A DNA stretch of 12,352 bases from Fibrobacterales bacterium (GTDB lineage Bacteria; Fibrobacterota; Fibrobacteria; Fibrobacterales; JAOPTW01): the NCBI GenBank assembly GCA_051532035.1, contig JAOPTW010000042.1, positions 1 to 12,352 on the forward strand, in the 5' to 3' direction. Of the stretch, positions 1-7,661 are shown piece after piece (positions within the stretch are counted from its first letter, which is position 1; each line of letters opens with the position of its first letter). The notes beneath the pieces are model-generated. The model was not told the DNA's origin and ran no database searches. It was given only the letters and a program-made list of their open reading frames with translations. The translations under genes and the position numbers were made by a program.

Positions 1-190
1 ACACAAAAAAACTGACACCCTCTTAAGGTAAGACAAGGGAGCTGGTGTGAATAAACCTATGAAACAAACCAACCCTTCATTCCATAATGAAGTCGAATAA
101 CATACTTCACTCCTGAAAAAATTGAGTTATGTCTATGAGAGGTATTATTAACGGCCTGAAATGAAAGCATCAATAAATACATCATCAAAA

Positions 191-2533
191 TTAATTGCAA
201 ACAGTGGTGGTATCGTTATTCGACATAAATTTATAACTAGAAAAGTTAACCAAGTTATCAACAAACTCTTGAACAAGGCACTGGGGTAATGATCTATTGT
301 ATTTCACCGTTACATTATCTCCTATAGAAGTTAAAAGAGCAAGACCATCGAGTGTAGTGAGCACAGAATTAGACTCTATATATAATTTCCCAGACACCGA
401 CGAAACACTCGATAAAGCACTGAGTGTTTCAAGTGCGGCATTGTTATCTATTTTTAAATATCCAGTAATTCCATCAAGAGTATTCAGACCATTTAAAGAA
501 GTCAAAGTATGATTATTATCAATGGTCAATGACCCACCAAGAGTGTTAAGATTTGAAAGCCCTTCAATAGACGCTAAATGATAATTTCCATCAACCTTCA
601 GCGCCCCATCAACAGTTTGAAGCCCTACAAATCCATCAAAATCGAGTAGTAGATCATTATTATACACATCAAGTTTTCCACCAATACTTTCGATTTGGGC
701 TAGTCCTACAATGGAAATCAATTGGGCGTTAGATTTCAATATTAGATCTCCAGGAAGGTCAGTAAGGCCAGATAATCCATCTATATTTTGAAGGCCACTA
801 TTTCCAGATAGAGTAATACTATTGCCAACTGAAGTGAGAGAAGATAAGTCCGATAGATTTGTAATTGCATTCAGATCAAGATACAAGTCCCCTCCAATAG
901 ATTCAATTGTTGAAAAAGCCTCTAAACTTGAAAGGAGTGGGCACGCATCAAGACTTAGATCTTCACCTATAGCAGTAAGATTAGAGAAGTTTGCTATAGT
1001 TGCTAGATTTTTCATTTTGGATAGAGTAATTGAACCATTTAGGGCCTCCAATTGAGAGAAGTCAAGAGACTCAATTAATTCGTTCTCTCGTATTAATATC
1101 CCTTCACCCAACATTTCAACTTCAGCAAGTGCGCTCACATCTTTTAATTTCTCATTAAAGTTAATAGAAATGCCACCCATGATAGTATCAATACCGGTAA
1201 GACCATCCAACTGTTCAAGAGCAATAAGGCTTGTCAACTCTAATACCCCACCAATGTACCCTAATTGTGATAAGCCATTCAGATCAATGAGATTATCATT
1301 GCCCTTCAAATACAACGCCCCGCCGATAAATTTCAACGCTTGTAATCCATTTAAATTCCGGAGATTATAATTATTATATATACTTACCGCCCCACCAACA
1401 TATTCTAAATGAGATACCCCATCAATATTTTTTAACGAAGATATACTCCGTATTTCAAAGTTACCATCTATACGATGTAATGATTCTAAGAAATCGAGTC
1501 CTATAATTCCTTCATAATTATCTATGGTCAGGGTACCAGTAATTCTATGATATCCGAGTAATAGAGCAATATCTTCAATGCCACGCACGCTAATACTTCC
1601 ATAAAATATTTTTTCTTCATTACACAAGTAAGTACTATCAGATATTTCTGTTTCTGAAAGATCATTATCGGCATTAATGTCGTGACCCATTGTTATACGC
1701 TGTCCACCGAATGCACACATGCTATCTTCAACGTTGTGAGTAGTGCGAATTAAAAACAGTGCAGCATCACTCCCCGCTTCACCTTGTTTTCCTTGAGAGC
1801 CAGCATCACCAGCCACACCATCGAGCCCTTTTTCTCCATGAAAAACGGTATCAATAGTCACTCCTCCACACGTCACCTCAAATCCTTCTGGTATTGGTTG
1901 AGAGAGACACCCAATACCATCGCCCCCATCAATTCCATCGTTACCATCTATACCTGCAGCACCAACTGCACCAGGAGTACCATCTAATCCATTGTTACCA
2001 TCGATACCTGCTGTACCTTGTAACCCAGTATCTCCTTGTGGTCCAGTCAAATCTATAACAACATATCCAAACTCGGTACAGACTTTGAATTGCTCTACTG
2101 CTCGTACATAAAACAGTTGATTGATAATTCCTGCATCACATGGCGGGAGTTCTAAAATAGTTGATACAATTTTTGCGCCAAAAAACTGCTTAGGCACAAC
2201 AGAACTAGAAAATGCTCTTTCTTCAGCATTCACAACGGAACTTGAAGACACCATAGGATCAACCGGATTGACATTTGAAGACACCACAGGATCAACCGGA
2301 TTGACATTTGAAGACACCACAGGATCAACCGGTTTGACAGAACTGGAAGATACCTCGCCATCAACAACCCCTATTGATTCTGAAGACACAACTCCAACTG
2401 GCACATTTGCTGGCGGGTTACTACTAGAGTTTGAATCAAACAAATCGCATGAAACACACAAAAATACCGTTCCAACAACACCTATTTTAAAACACTTCAT
2501 TACATTCTTCATATAACTATCATCTCCAAACAT
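191..2533 (-). CDS. Surface lipoprotein: Ser/Val/Pro-rich linker, collagen-like Gly-X-Y segments, DUF7151-like Cys domain, and receptor L-domain (LRR-like) repeat solenoid
   Basis: 780-aa ORF. Lipobox-like VFLCVS-C followed by DLFDS. Gly-X-Y runs (GPQGDTGLQGTAGIDGNNGLDGTPGAVGAAGIDG...). Motif CAFGGQRITMGHDINADNDLSETEISDSTYLC. About 18 repeats of ~25 aa, L.GL..L..IGG.L.I..N..L, ending in a Cys cap. The start could be 2533 (GAGGA upstream) or 2512 (GGAG upstream). Confidence 0.85.
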   Translation of the reverse strand: MFGDDSYMKNVMKCFKIGVVGTVFLCVSCDLFDSNSSSNPPANVPVGVVSSESIGVVDGEVSSSSVKPVDPVVSSNVNPVDPVVSSNVNPVDPMVSSSSVVNAEERAFSSSVVPKQFFGAKIVSTILELPPCDAGIINQLFYVRAVEQFKVCTEFGYVVIDLTGPQGDTGLQGTAGIDGNNGLDGTPGAVGAAGIDGNDGIDGGDGIGCLSQPIPEGFEVTCGGVTIDTVFHGEKGLDGVAGDAGSQGKQGEAGSDAALFLIRTTHNVEDSMCAFGGQRITMGHDINADNDLSETEISDSTYLCNEEKIFYGSISVRGIEDIALLLGYHRITGTLTIDNYEGIIGLDFLESLHRIDGNFEIRSISSLKNIDGVSHLEYVGGAVSIYNNYNLRNLNGLQALKFIGGALYLKGNDNLIDLNGLSQLGYIGGVLELTSLIALEQLDGLTGIDTIMGGISINFNEKLKDVSALAEVEMLGEGILIRENELIESLDFSQLEALNGSITLSKMKNLATIANFSNLTAIGEDLSLDACPLLSSLEAFSTIESIGGDLYLDLNAITNLSDLSSLTSVGNSITLSGNSGLQNIDGLSGLTDLPGDLILKSNAQLISIVGLAQIESIGGKLDVYNNDLLLDFDGFVGLQTVDGALKVDGNYHLASIEGLSNLNTLGGSLTIDNNHTLTSLNGLNTLDGITGYLKIDNNAALETLSALSSVSSVSGKLYIESNSVLTTLDGLALLTSIGDNVTVKYNRSLPQCLVQEFVDNLVNFSSYKFMSNNDTTTVCN
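2242..2340. repeat. In-frame tandem repeat, 3 x 33 bp (encodes VNPVDPVVSSN-like units)
   Basis: Units 2242-2274, 2275-2307 and 2308-2340 of TTGAAGACACCAYAGGATCAACCGGWTTGACAK, with 1-2 mismatches per unit relative to the middle unit. Confidence 0.95.
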
Positions 2534-2587
2534 TACTTAATCCTCTAGTATAAATACAGTATCCACTGTTTCTTTGTTCTATTGTAT

Positions 2588-4918
2588 TTACAAACATGCT
2601 CTGTTGCCTCTCTTGTATAACGGACCAGAAAAAACATCCAAATCAGCGGCAAATTGGTCTATCTCACAATCCTGTACACCAGTATCATATATGGCTAATT
2701 TGCCCTTCACTACAGTCAAACTCGATAGTTCATCAAGTGACAGTATGTCTGAGCTTCCATCAATAACAGCATAACCCATAATAGCTTTCACGTTTGAAAG
2801 CCCAGTAAGACTTGTTAATGCCTCGTTATCTCTAATGATCAAACTACCATTAATGGTATCAATTTTGGAAAATGCGGAAAGGGAGCCCAAAATGGTATTA
2901 CCATCCACATGTAAACTCCCCCCAATTGAATCGATATTATCGACCCCATTAACATGTTCCAGCTGTCCATTATCAATAAGCAGCAAACTACCATTAATTT
3001 TTGTTAATCCAGAAAGGCCATCAATATTTTGCAAAAGCGAATTATGGCTTAAGGTTATATACATATCAATGCTGCGTGTATTCCTGAGCCCATCTATATT
3101 CAAAAGTTTTTCATTTTTAGTAACGTCTAAAACACCTTGAATTACAGTGAGCTTTTCAAAACCATCAATATTTTCAAGGTTACTATTATTATTTAAAAAC
3201 AACCCACCTCCGATATAATCCAAATTTGAAAAGCCATCAACATTCACTATCCCGTTATAGGATACAATCACAGCTTTATGTACGGAATCTAACAGAGAGA
3301 GACCATTAATATTTCTAAGCCAATAATTACTCTTAATTTCTAGTCTACCACCAATCGAGCGCATATTCATTAACCCTGTTATATTATCAAGGCGAGGATT
3401 TTGATCAATAAGCACATTCCCTTTTACACCTGTAATTCCAGTGAGGCCATCAATGTTATTCAGCCAATCATTATCTATAATGGTGATGGCACTAACCGGT
3501 CCCGACAAACCTGCTAAACCATTTATATCAGGAAGATTCTTATTGTTCTCAATGGTTAACCCTTTCTCTATATAATGAAGATTCGAAAACCCTCCAATGT
3601 TAACAAGGTTTTCATTATCTTCTATTCGGAGAGTACCATAAATTGAATCAATATTCGAAAGAGCTAAAAAGTCTTTGAGCAAAAAGTTATGTACTATAGA
3701 AACAGGGCCAGCAACGTTGGCATTCTTCAATCCATCAAATGTTGTAAGTTGATCATTATCACTGATGGAAAAGCTCCCTCGCAAAGAAGTTACCTTTCCA
3801 AAATTGGTAATAGAGACAAGGCTATCATTACTTGAAATTGATAGCCCCCCCACTGTATGCAGCTTGGAAAAACCATCTATTTTGATAATTCGATTATTAG
3901 TCCAAATAGATAATCCACCTCCAATGAGTTGGAGTTCATTAAAGCCATCAAGATTTCTAAGTTGACTATTGTTAGTAATTTTTAAACCATTGCCAACCGA
4001 ATACAGGTTTGAAAGTCCCTCAATATTAGTGAGATAACGGTTCCATTCAATCTTTAGATTACCTCCTACTTTAGTGAGTGCATATAAGAAATCAAGGTTT
4101 TTCATTCGGGTAACCCCATCAATGATAAGGTCTCCCGTAATAGTATTAAACCCTGATATAGCACTTATTGAGGTAGAATCACTAATTGTAATACTCCCAT
4201 ACCACACCTTCTCTTCTCGGCAAAGAATATTTGAACCCATAATTTCATCAGTACTCAACATACCATTCAGGTCATCATCAATCCCCATCTCAATGATAGT
4301 ACCCCCTGCAGCACAATCCTTTCCCTTCACAGCAGGTGAGCTTATAGCTAAAACATCTCTACCATCTGTGCCTGAATCTCCAGCTGTCCCCTGAGTACCT
4401 TGGAGCCCTTTTTCACCATTACTGCCCTCACTCCCATATTCAAGTGTATCAATAATCGTTGAACCACAAGTAACTTCAATCCCCTCATTTATTAAGCGTG
4501 AATGACACTCTGTACCATCAATACCATTTTCACCATTGTCACCAGTGAGACCCTGAGCTCCGGTAATACCCTCATTACCATTTCGTCCGTCATCTCCTGG
4601 CGTACCACTCTCACCCTGAACTCCTTTGCCTCCCACTGGGCCTTTAATATCTTTGGTAACATACCCTGTAACGGTACACTCCCTGAACTGTTCTATCGAT
4701 GTAATATAAAAAAGCTGCCCAACACGGAGAGTATCACAAAGAGGCAACGCTCCAATATCTGCGACTATTTTTGCGGCGGTACTTGTGGTACTACTCGAAG
4801 AAACGTCACTTTCATCATTCCGTTGTTCATCACTTTTTGACGAAGACGAATCAAAAAGATCGCACCCAATAAGTGAACTCATAAAAAGTAGTGTAATAAT
4901 CAGTCTAAGTATAAACAT
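2588..4918 (-). CDS. Paralogous surface lipoprotein with collagen-like stalk, DUF7151-like domain and receptor L-domain repeats
   Basis: 776-aa ORF with lipobox SLIG-C followed by DLFDS. Same domain order as 191..2533: AKIV..I..LP.C....QLFY....EQF..C, then Gly-X-Y, then C......G.EVTCG...IDT, then Gly-X-Y, then C..GG..I.MG.D.....L...E......C, then EEK..YGSI, then L-domain repeats. Confidence 0.85.
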   Translation of the reverse strand: MFILRLIITLLFMSSLIGCDLFDSSSSKSDEQRNDESDVSSSSTTSTAAKIVADIGALPLCDTLRVGQLFYITSIEQFRECTVTGYVTKDIKGPVGGKGVQGESGTPGDDGRNGNEGITGAQGLTGDNGENGIDGTECHSRLINEGIEVTCGSTIIDTLEYGSEGSNGEKGLQGTQGTAGDSGTDGRDVLAISSPAVKGKDCAAGGTIIEMGIDDDLNGMLSTDEIMGSNILCREEKVWYGSITISDSTSISAISGFNTITGDLIIDGVTRMKNLDFLYALTKVGGNLKIEWNRYLTNIEGLSNLYSVGNGLKITNNSQLRNLDGFNELQLIGGGLSIWTNNRIIKIDGFSKLHTVGGLSISSNDSLVSITNFGKVTSLRGSFSISDNDQLTTFDGLKNANVAGPVSIVHNFLLKDFLALSNIDSIYGTLRIEDNENLVNIGGFSNLHYIEKGLTIENNKNLPDINGLAGLSGPVSAITIIDNDWLNNIDGLTGITGVKGNVLIDQNPRLDNITGLMNMRSIGGRLEIKSNYWLRNINGLSLLDSVHKAVIVSYNGIVNVDGFSNLDYIGGGLFLNNNSNLENIDGFEKLTVIQGVLDVTKNEKLLNIDGLRNTRSIDMYITLSHNSLLQNIDGLSGLTKINGSLLLIDNGQLEHVNGVDNIDSIGGSLHVDGNTILGSLSAFSKIDTINGSLIIRDNEALTSLTGLSNVKAIMGYAVIDGSSDILSLDELSSLTVVKGKLAIYDTGVQDCEIDQFAADLDVFSGPLYKRGNRACL

Positions 4919-5124
4919 TGAAGCCCAACCTTAACGGTTTTGAAAGGTGTATTTCTAAGAAAGAGATTGTAAACCAAGGATTGAGACACCCCAAATACTT
5001 AACCAAAGAATTAATACGTTATAGCCCTACGTATAAAATATGATTATGCCCCAAACCGTATATCAAAGTAGTAAATAAAAGCACAATATCAATAAGTAGA
5101 AAGGCTAACACCCCTCAACTAATT

Positions 5125-5135
5125 CCCCCCCCCCC
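5125..5135. repeat. C11 homopolymer (G11 on the coding strand) ~207 bp upstream of the 4918 start
   Basis: AATT-CCCCCCCCCCC-ATAAA read directly in an otherwise AT-rich intergenic region. Confidence 0.9.
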
Positions 5136-5237
5136 ATAAAACTACCTGAATTCAGGGATATATAACTGATAGTGAGGTAATTTACACCAATTGCAATTGA
5201 GTGAGCCTTTCAAGACTCCCCCGAAATACGTAAAGAG

Positions 5238-5333
5238 TTTAACAGTACGTATGGCAGACGACAGTATTTGAAAAAGAAAAACAAGAAGGCGATTGAGACT
5301 AAGGAGATGGGCCAAAAGGAAAGGTCGGCATAG
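5238..5333 (+). repeat. 96-bp direct repeat, copy 1
   Basis: TTTAACAGTACGTATGGCAGACGACAG...GGAAAGGTCGGCATAG is identical to 12108-12203 except A5258 vs G12128. The flanks diverge immediately on both sides. Confidence 0.97.
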
Positions 5334-5488
5334 TATAGTGGCTGAACATTTGAGGCAATCAAAACGGACATTTTGACCTGAGACAAGGGGCAACGTACGA
5401 TATTCGTACAGTACCTACATTCATAATACAACAGAGCCAATTATACTTGTTTTCTGAGGGCTTAAAAACCGCTTAACCACAGACCCTT

Positions 5489-5565
5489 AAAAATACGGTC
5501 CCCACAGCACACCACATTGAGGGAGAGGTCATGCCATGAGAGACCGTATCAGGACTGATGATATT
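5489..5565 (-). ncRNA. Candidate small RNA, or long intrinsic terminator hairpin
   Basis: Minus-strand hairpin 5549-5493 of 21 bp, including 4 G-U pairs and 2 single-base bulges, with a 13-nt loop UCUCCCUCAAUGU, followed by a U-run. A putative sigma70 promoter lies immediately upstream. Confidence 0.4.
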
Positions 5566-5570
5566 AGCAT

Positions 5571-5599
5571 ATTATAGGGACAATATATGCCACTGAAAA
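5571..5599 (-). promoter_or_regulatory. Putative sigma70-type promoter
   Basis: TTTTCA (5599-5594), 17-bp spacer, perfect TATAAT (5576-5571). The -35 box is only a 4/6 match and the region is AT-rich. Confidence 0.35.
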
Positions 5600-5683
5600 C
5601 CTTCTGTTAGATTAAGAATAGTTTTCAATTATCTATCGGTCCTATGTGTTGTATTACCTGTGCACCAATTAAAACGTTCAATA

Positions 5684-5753
5684 AAAAGCATGCATCATAT
5701 ATTAGGGTATTATCCTCTCTTATAAGAACCAATATATCATAATACATGCTTTT
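5684..5753. terminator. Long imperfect inverted repeat, possible bidirectional terminator downstream of the nucleoside hydrolase gene
   Basis: AAAAGCATG (5684-5692) pairs with CATGCTTTT (5745-5753). ATATATT (5697-5703) pairs with AATATAT (5731-5737). T-runs occur on both strands. Confidence 0.4.
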
Positions 5754-5928
5754 CTTTTGGAGTCTGCTAATTGTAGAGGGGGATCAATATGTGACTCTAC
5801 AGCTCACATATAAATATATTGTTCAATTTTGAAAAGCGTACCATCTTTTAATTACATTAAGGAGTATTTACACTATAGAACAAATAGAGAACAACGCATG
5901 AGTATTTTTTGGGAGACGATTCACTCTT

Positions 5929-7506
5929 CTAATGGATGAGCCCTGAAAAGGTTTTAGAGGAAGTATGAATCATATAATAGACAACTCCTTGATGCTGCAC
6001 CTCCCCTACATCAAACACCATAGGTTCTCTCTCTTCTGCGATGAGTAACGCACCAGTTATGGTATAAAACAGTACATCGGATTTTATTAAAGCGACCTCA
6101 ATCAAACGAAACCTACCGGGGCTCACCTTTTCTATATGCGGTTTTGTACCATCGTATGTCATATCAAAAACAATATCACTCACACTCAATGTACTTGATC
6201 CCATGTAAGCCGCAGAAGAACTCATCGTTAGGGTGTCATGAGTCGTATCGTTAGTGCTATCATTAGGCTCAGAGTAAATAACAATAGGATGAGTGAGCGT
6301 ATCAGTCCCACCATCACTTTGCGTTACTACAAGAGTGATGTCGTAGGTACTACTCCTATCATAGGTATGCTTTGCCGTTACACCAGCTGCGGTCGTTCCA
6401 TCGCTAAAAAACCACTCATACGATACTATTGATTCACCTTCATCATTTTGAGAGCTTGTTGCATCCACAATAATCTCTCTAAAATCATTCAATATGGTAA
6501 ATGACGCGGAAACACTCCGGACGTCAAGCACATAGGATTCCATTGATGTATAAAAATCATTCAGTATTGCTTCTGCATTAAATTCTGAATAAAAAGTAAT
6601 AGTTCTCGTCGTATCATTCTGAGCTTCCCACGAGCCATCGGCTTGTAAGACAGGTGCACCAACGATACGAGAAACCCACCACTCACTATTTTTTAACGTT
6701 GCCAAAGTTGCAACATCATTCAATAGTCTCTGTTCTTCAAGGACCTGACTAAACAAGTTTACTGAATAATCACCAAACGTTGAAAACGTTCCTCCATGCC
6801 GTCCCAAAACTTCAGGAGTTACCACAGGGCCTGTGCCCGGCATACGCGTACTTATATCACTCTTATCAGCGAGTACTCCGTCGGTGCCATTTTCAACCGG
6901 TGCCACGCCTACAGCAACGGTAGATTCAAATACAGCCGTAACCGCAGCCATATCACTCAAAAGAGTATATTCATTAGGGTCAGGCCAGTTTGAACCAGAC
7001 CAAACCACGCGTATCTTTGATGCAATAGTCGGGTCTTTGAGGAGGGCCAGCGCTACGTTGGTCAGCTTTCCTAGGGCGACAATAACAAGGGTATCGTTCC
7101 GGCTTCGATGTGCTTCTTGAATAATGACATCAACTGCTTTTTTTCCATCAAATGTATCATTCAGTATTGAATCTTTAATGGCGTTATAATCACTCATCGC
7201 ACCTTCAACCACCGGTACCCGTTCTGTTGCACCACACAAAGCCACAATACGTTCCGCTTCTTGGGTATGTTCTTCAATGGACCCACCATTATACGTTCTA
7301 TTAGTTGTTATCGCAACAACATCAAACACATCACCATTAAATAATGCATAGGCAATTGCATGCTGATCGGTGATTTCACTATTTGCATCGGTATCTAAAA
7401 GTATAGGAATTTTCGCACATACAAAAACCGGTAACACAACACAGAAAAACAATACAACGACGTGTACGTTTAATAATTTCTGAACTGATCTTAATGCCCT
7501 CAGCAT
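5929..7506 (-). CDS. Secreted nucleoside hydrolase (IU-NH fold) family protein with PKD domain and possible C-terminal sorting domain
   Basis: 525 aa with an N-terminal signal peptide. NH motifs ILLDTDANSEITDQHAI and VALGKLTNVALALLKDPTIASKIRVVW. PKD motif IVSYEWFFSDG...HTY....YDITLVVT. The C-terminal FYTITGALL...GVVYYMI resembles T9SS type-A-like CTDs. Confidence 0.8.
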   Translation of the reverse strand: MLRALRSVQKLLNVHVVVLFFCVVLPVFVCAKIPILLDTDANSEITDQHAIAYALFNGDVFDVVAITTNRTYNGGSIEEHTQEAERIVALCGATERVPVVEGAMSDYNAIKDSILNDTFDGKKAVDVIIQEAHRSRNDTLVIVALGKLTNVALALLKDPTIASKIRVVWSGSNWPDPNEYTLLSDMAAVTAVFESTVAVGVAPVENGTDGVLADKSDISTRMPGTGPVVTPEVLGRHGGTFSTFGDYSVNLFSQVLEEQRLLNDVATLATLKNSEWWVSRIVGAPVLQADGSWEAQNDTTRTITFYSEFNAEAILNDFYTSMESYVLDVRSVSASFTILNDFREIIVDATSSQNDEGESIVSYEWFFSDGTTAAGVTAKHTYDRSSTYDITLVVTQSDGGTDTLTHPIVIYSEPNDSTNDTTHDTLTMSSSAAYMGSSTLSVSDIVFDMTYDGTKPHIEKVSPGRFRLIEVALIKSDVLFYTITGALLIAEEREPMVFDVGEVQHQGVVYYMIHTSSKTFSGLIH

Positions 7507-7591
7507 AGTTCTCTATTTTCATCTTGTGTATGAAATATCAATCTATATTATTTTGAGGTAAAGCGGACGAAATGTATCCGTGCTTTTACAT

Positions 7592-7624
7592 ACAAAACAA
7601 GCTGTTTTTACCCAAAACAGCTTG
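7592..7624 (-). terminator. Intrinsic terminator after the glycoside hydrolase gene
   Basis: Perfect 11-bp stem CAAGCTGTTTT (7598-7608) / AAAACAGCTTG (7614-7624) with a 5-nt loop, followed by TTTTGT on the minus strand, ~37 bp after the stop at 7662. Confidence 0.7.
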
Positions 7625-7661
7625 CCTATGCTAGAATGATAGTGCTATACCTGAGATAGAC

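Noticed and set aside
2242..2340. CRISPR array
   Set aside because: The 33-bp units are contiguous with no spacers and lie in frame within a CDS. No cas genes are present.
297..4840. Short + strand ORFs within the two L-domain genes
   Set aside because: They are antisense shadows of long minus-strand CDSs with repetitive codon structure, and show no recognisable motifs.
5238..5333. DGR template/variable repeat pair
   Set aside because: There is only one mismatch, neither copy lies in the 3' end of a large target gene, and no reverse transcriptase is in the window.
5471..5612. Integron attC-like site (GCTTAAC at 5471, GTTAGAT at 5606, bulged hairpin between)
   Set aside because: The R boxes are not symmetric about the hairpin, there are no complementary L boxes, and there is no second attC or integrase.
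5555..5630. Hammerhead ribozyme-like CTGATGA ... GAAA on the + strand
   Set aside because: There is no closing base pair for stem II next to the core (U/U), and stem I has only ~2 possible pairs.
5771..5801. Group II intron 3' end (GAGGGGG...CTCTAC resembles domain VI)
   Set aside because: There is no domain V (GAGCCG...GAAA...CGTACGGTTC-like) upstream.
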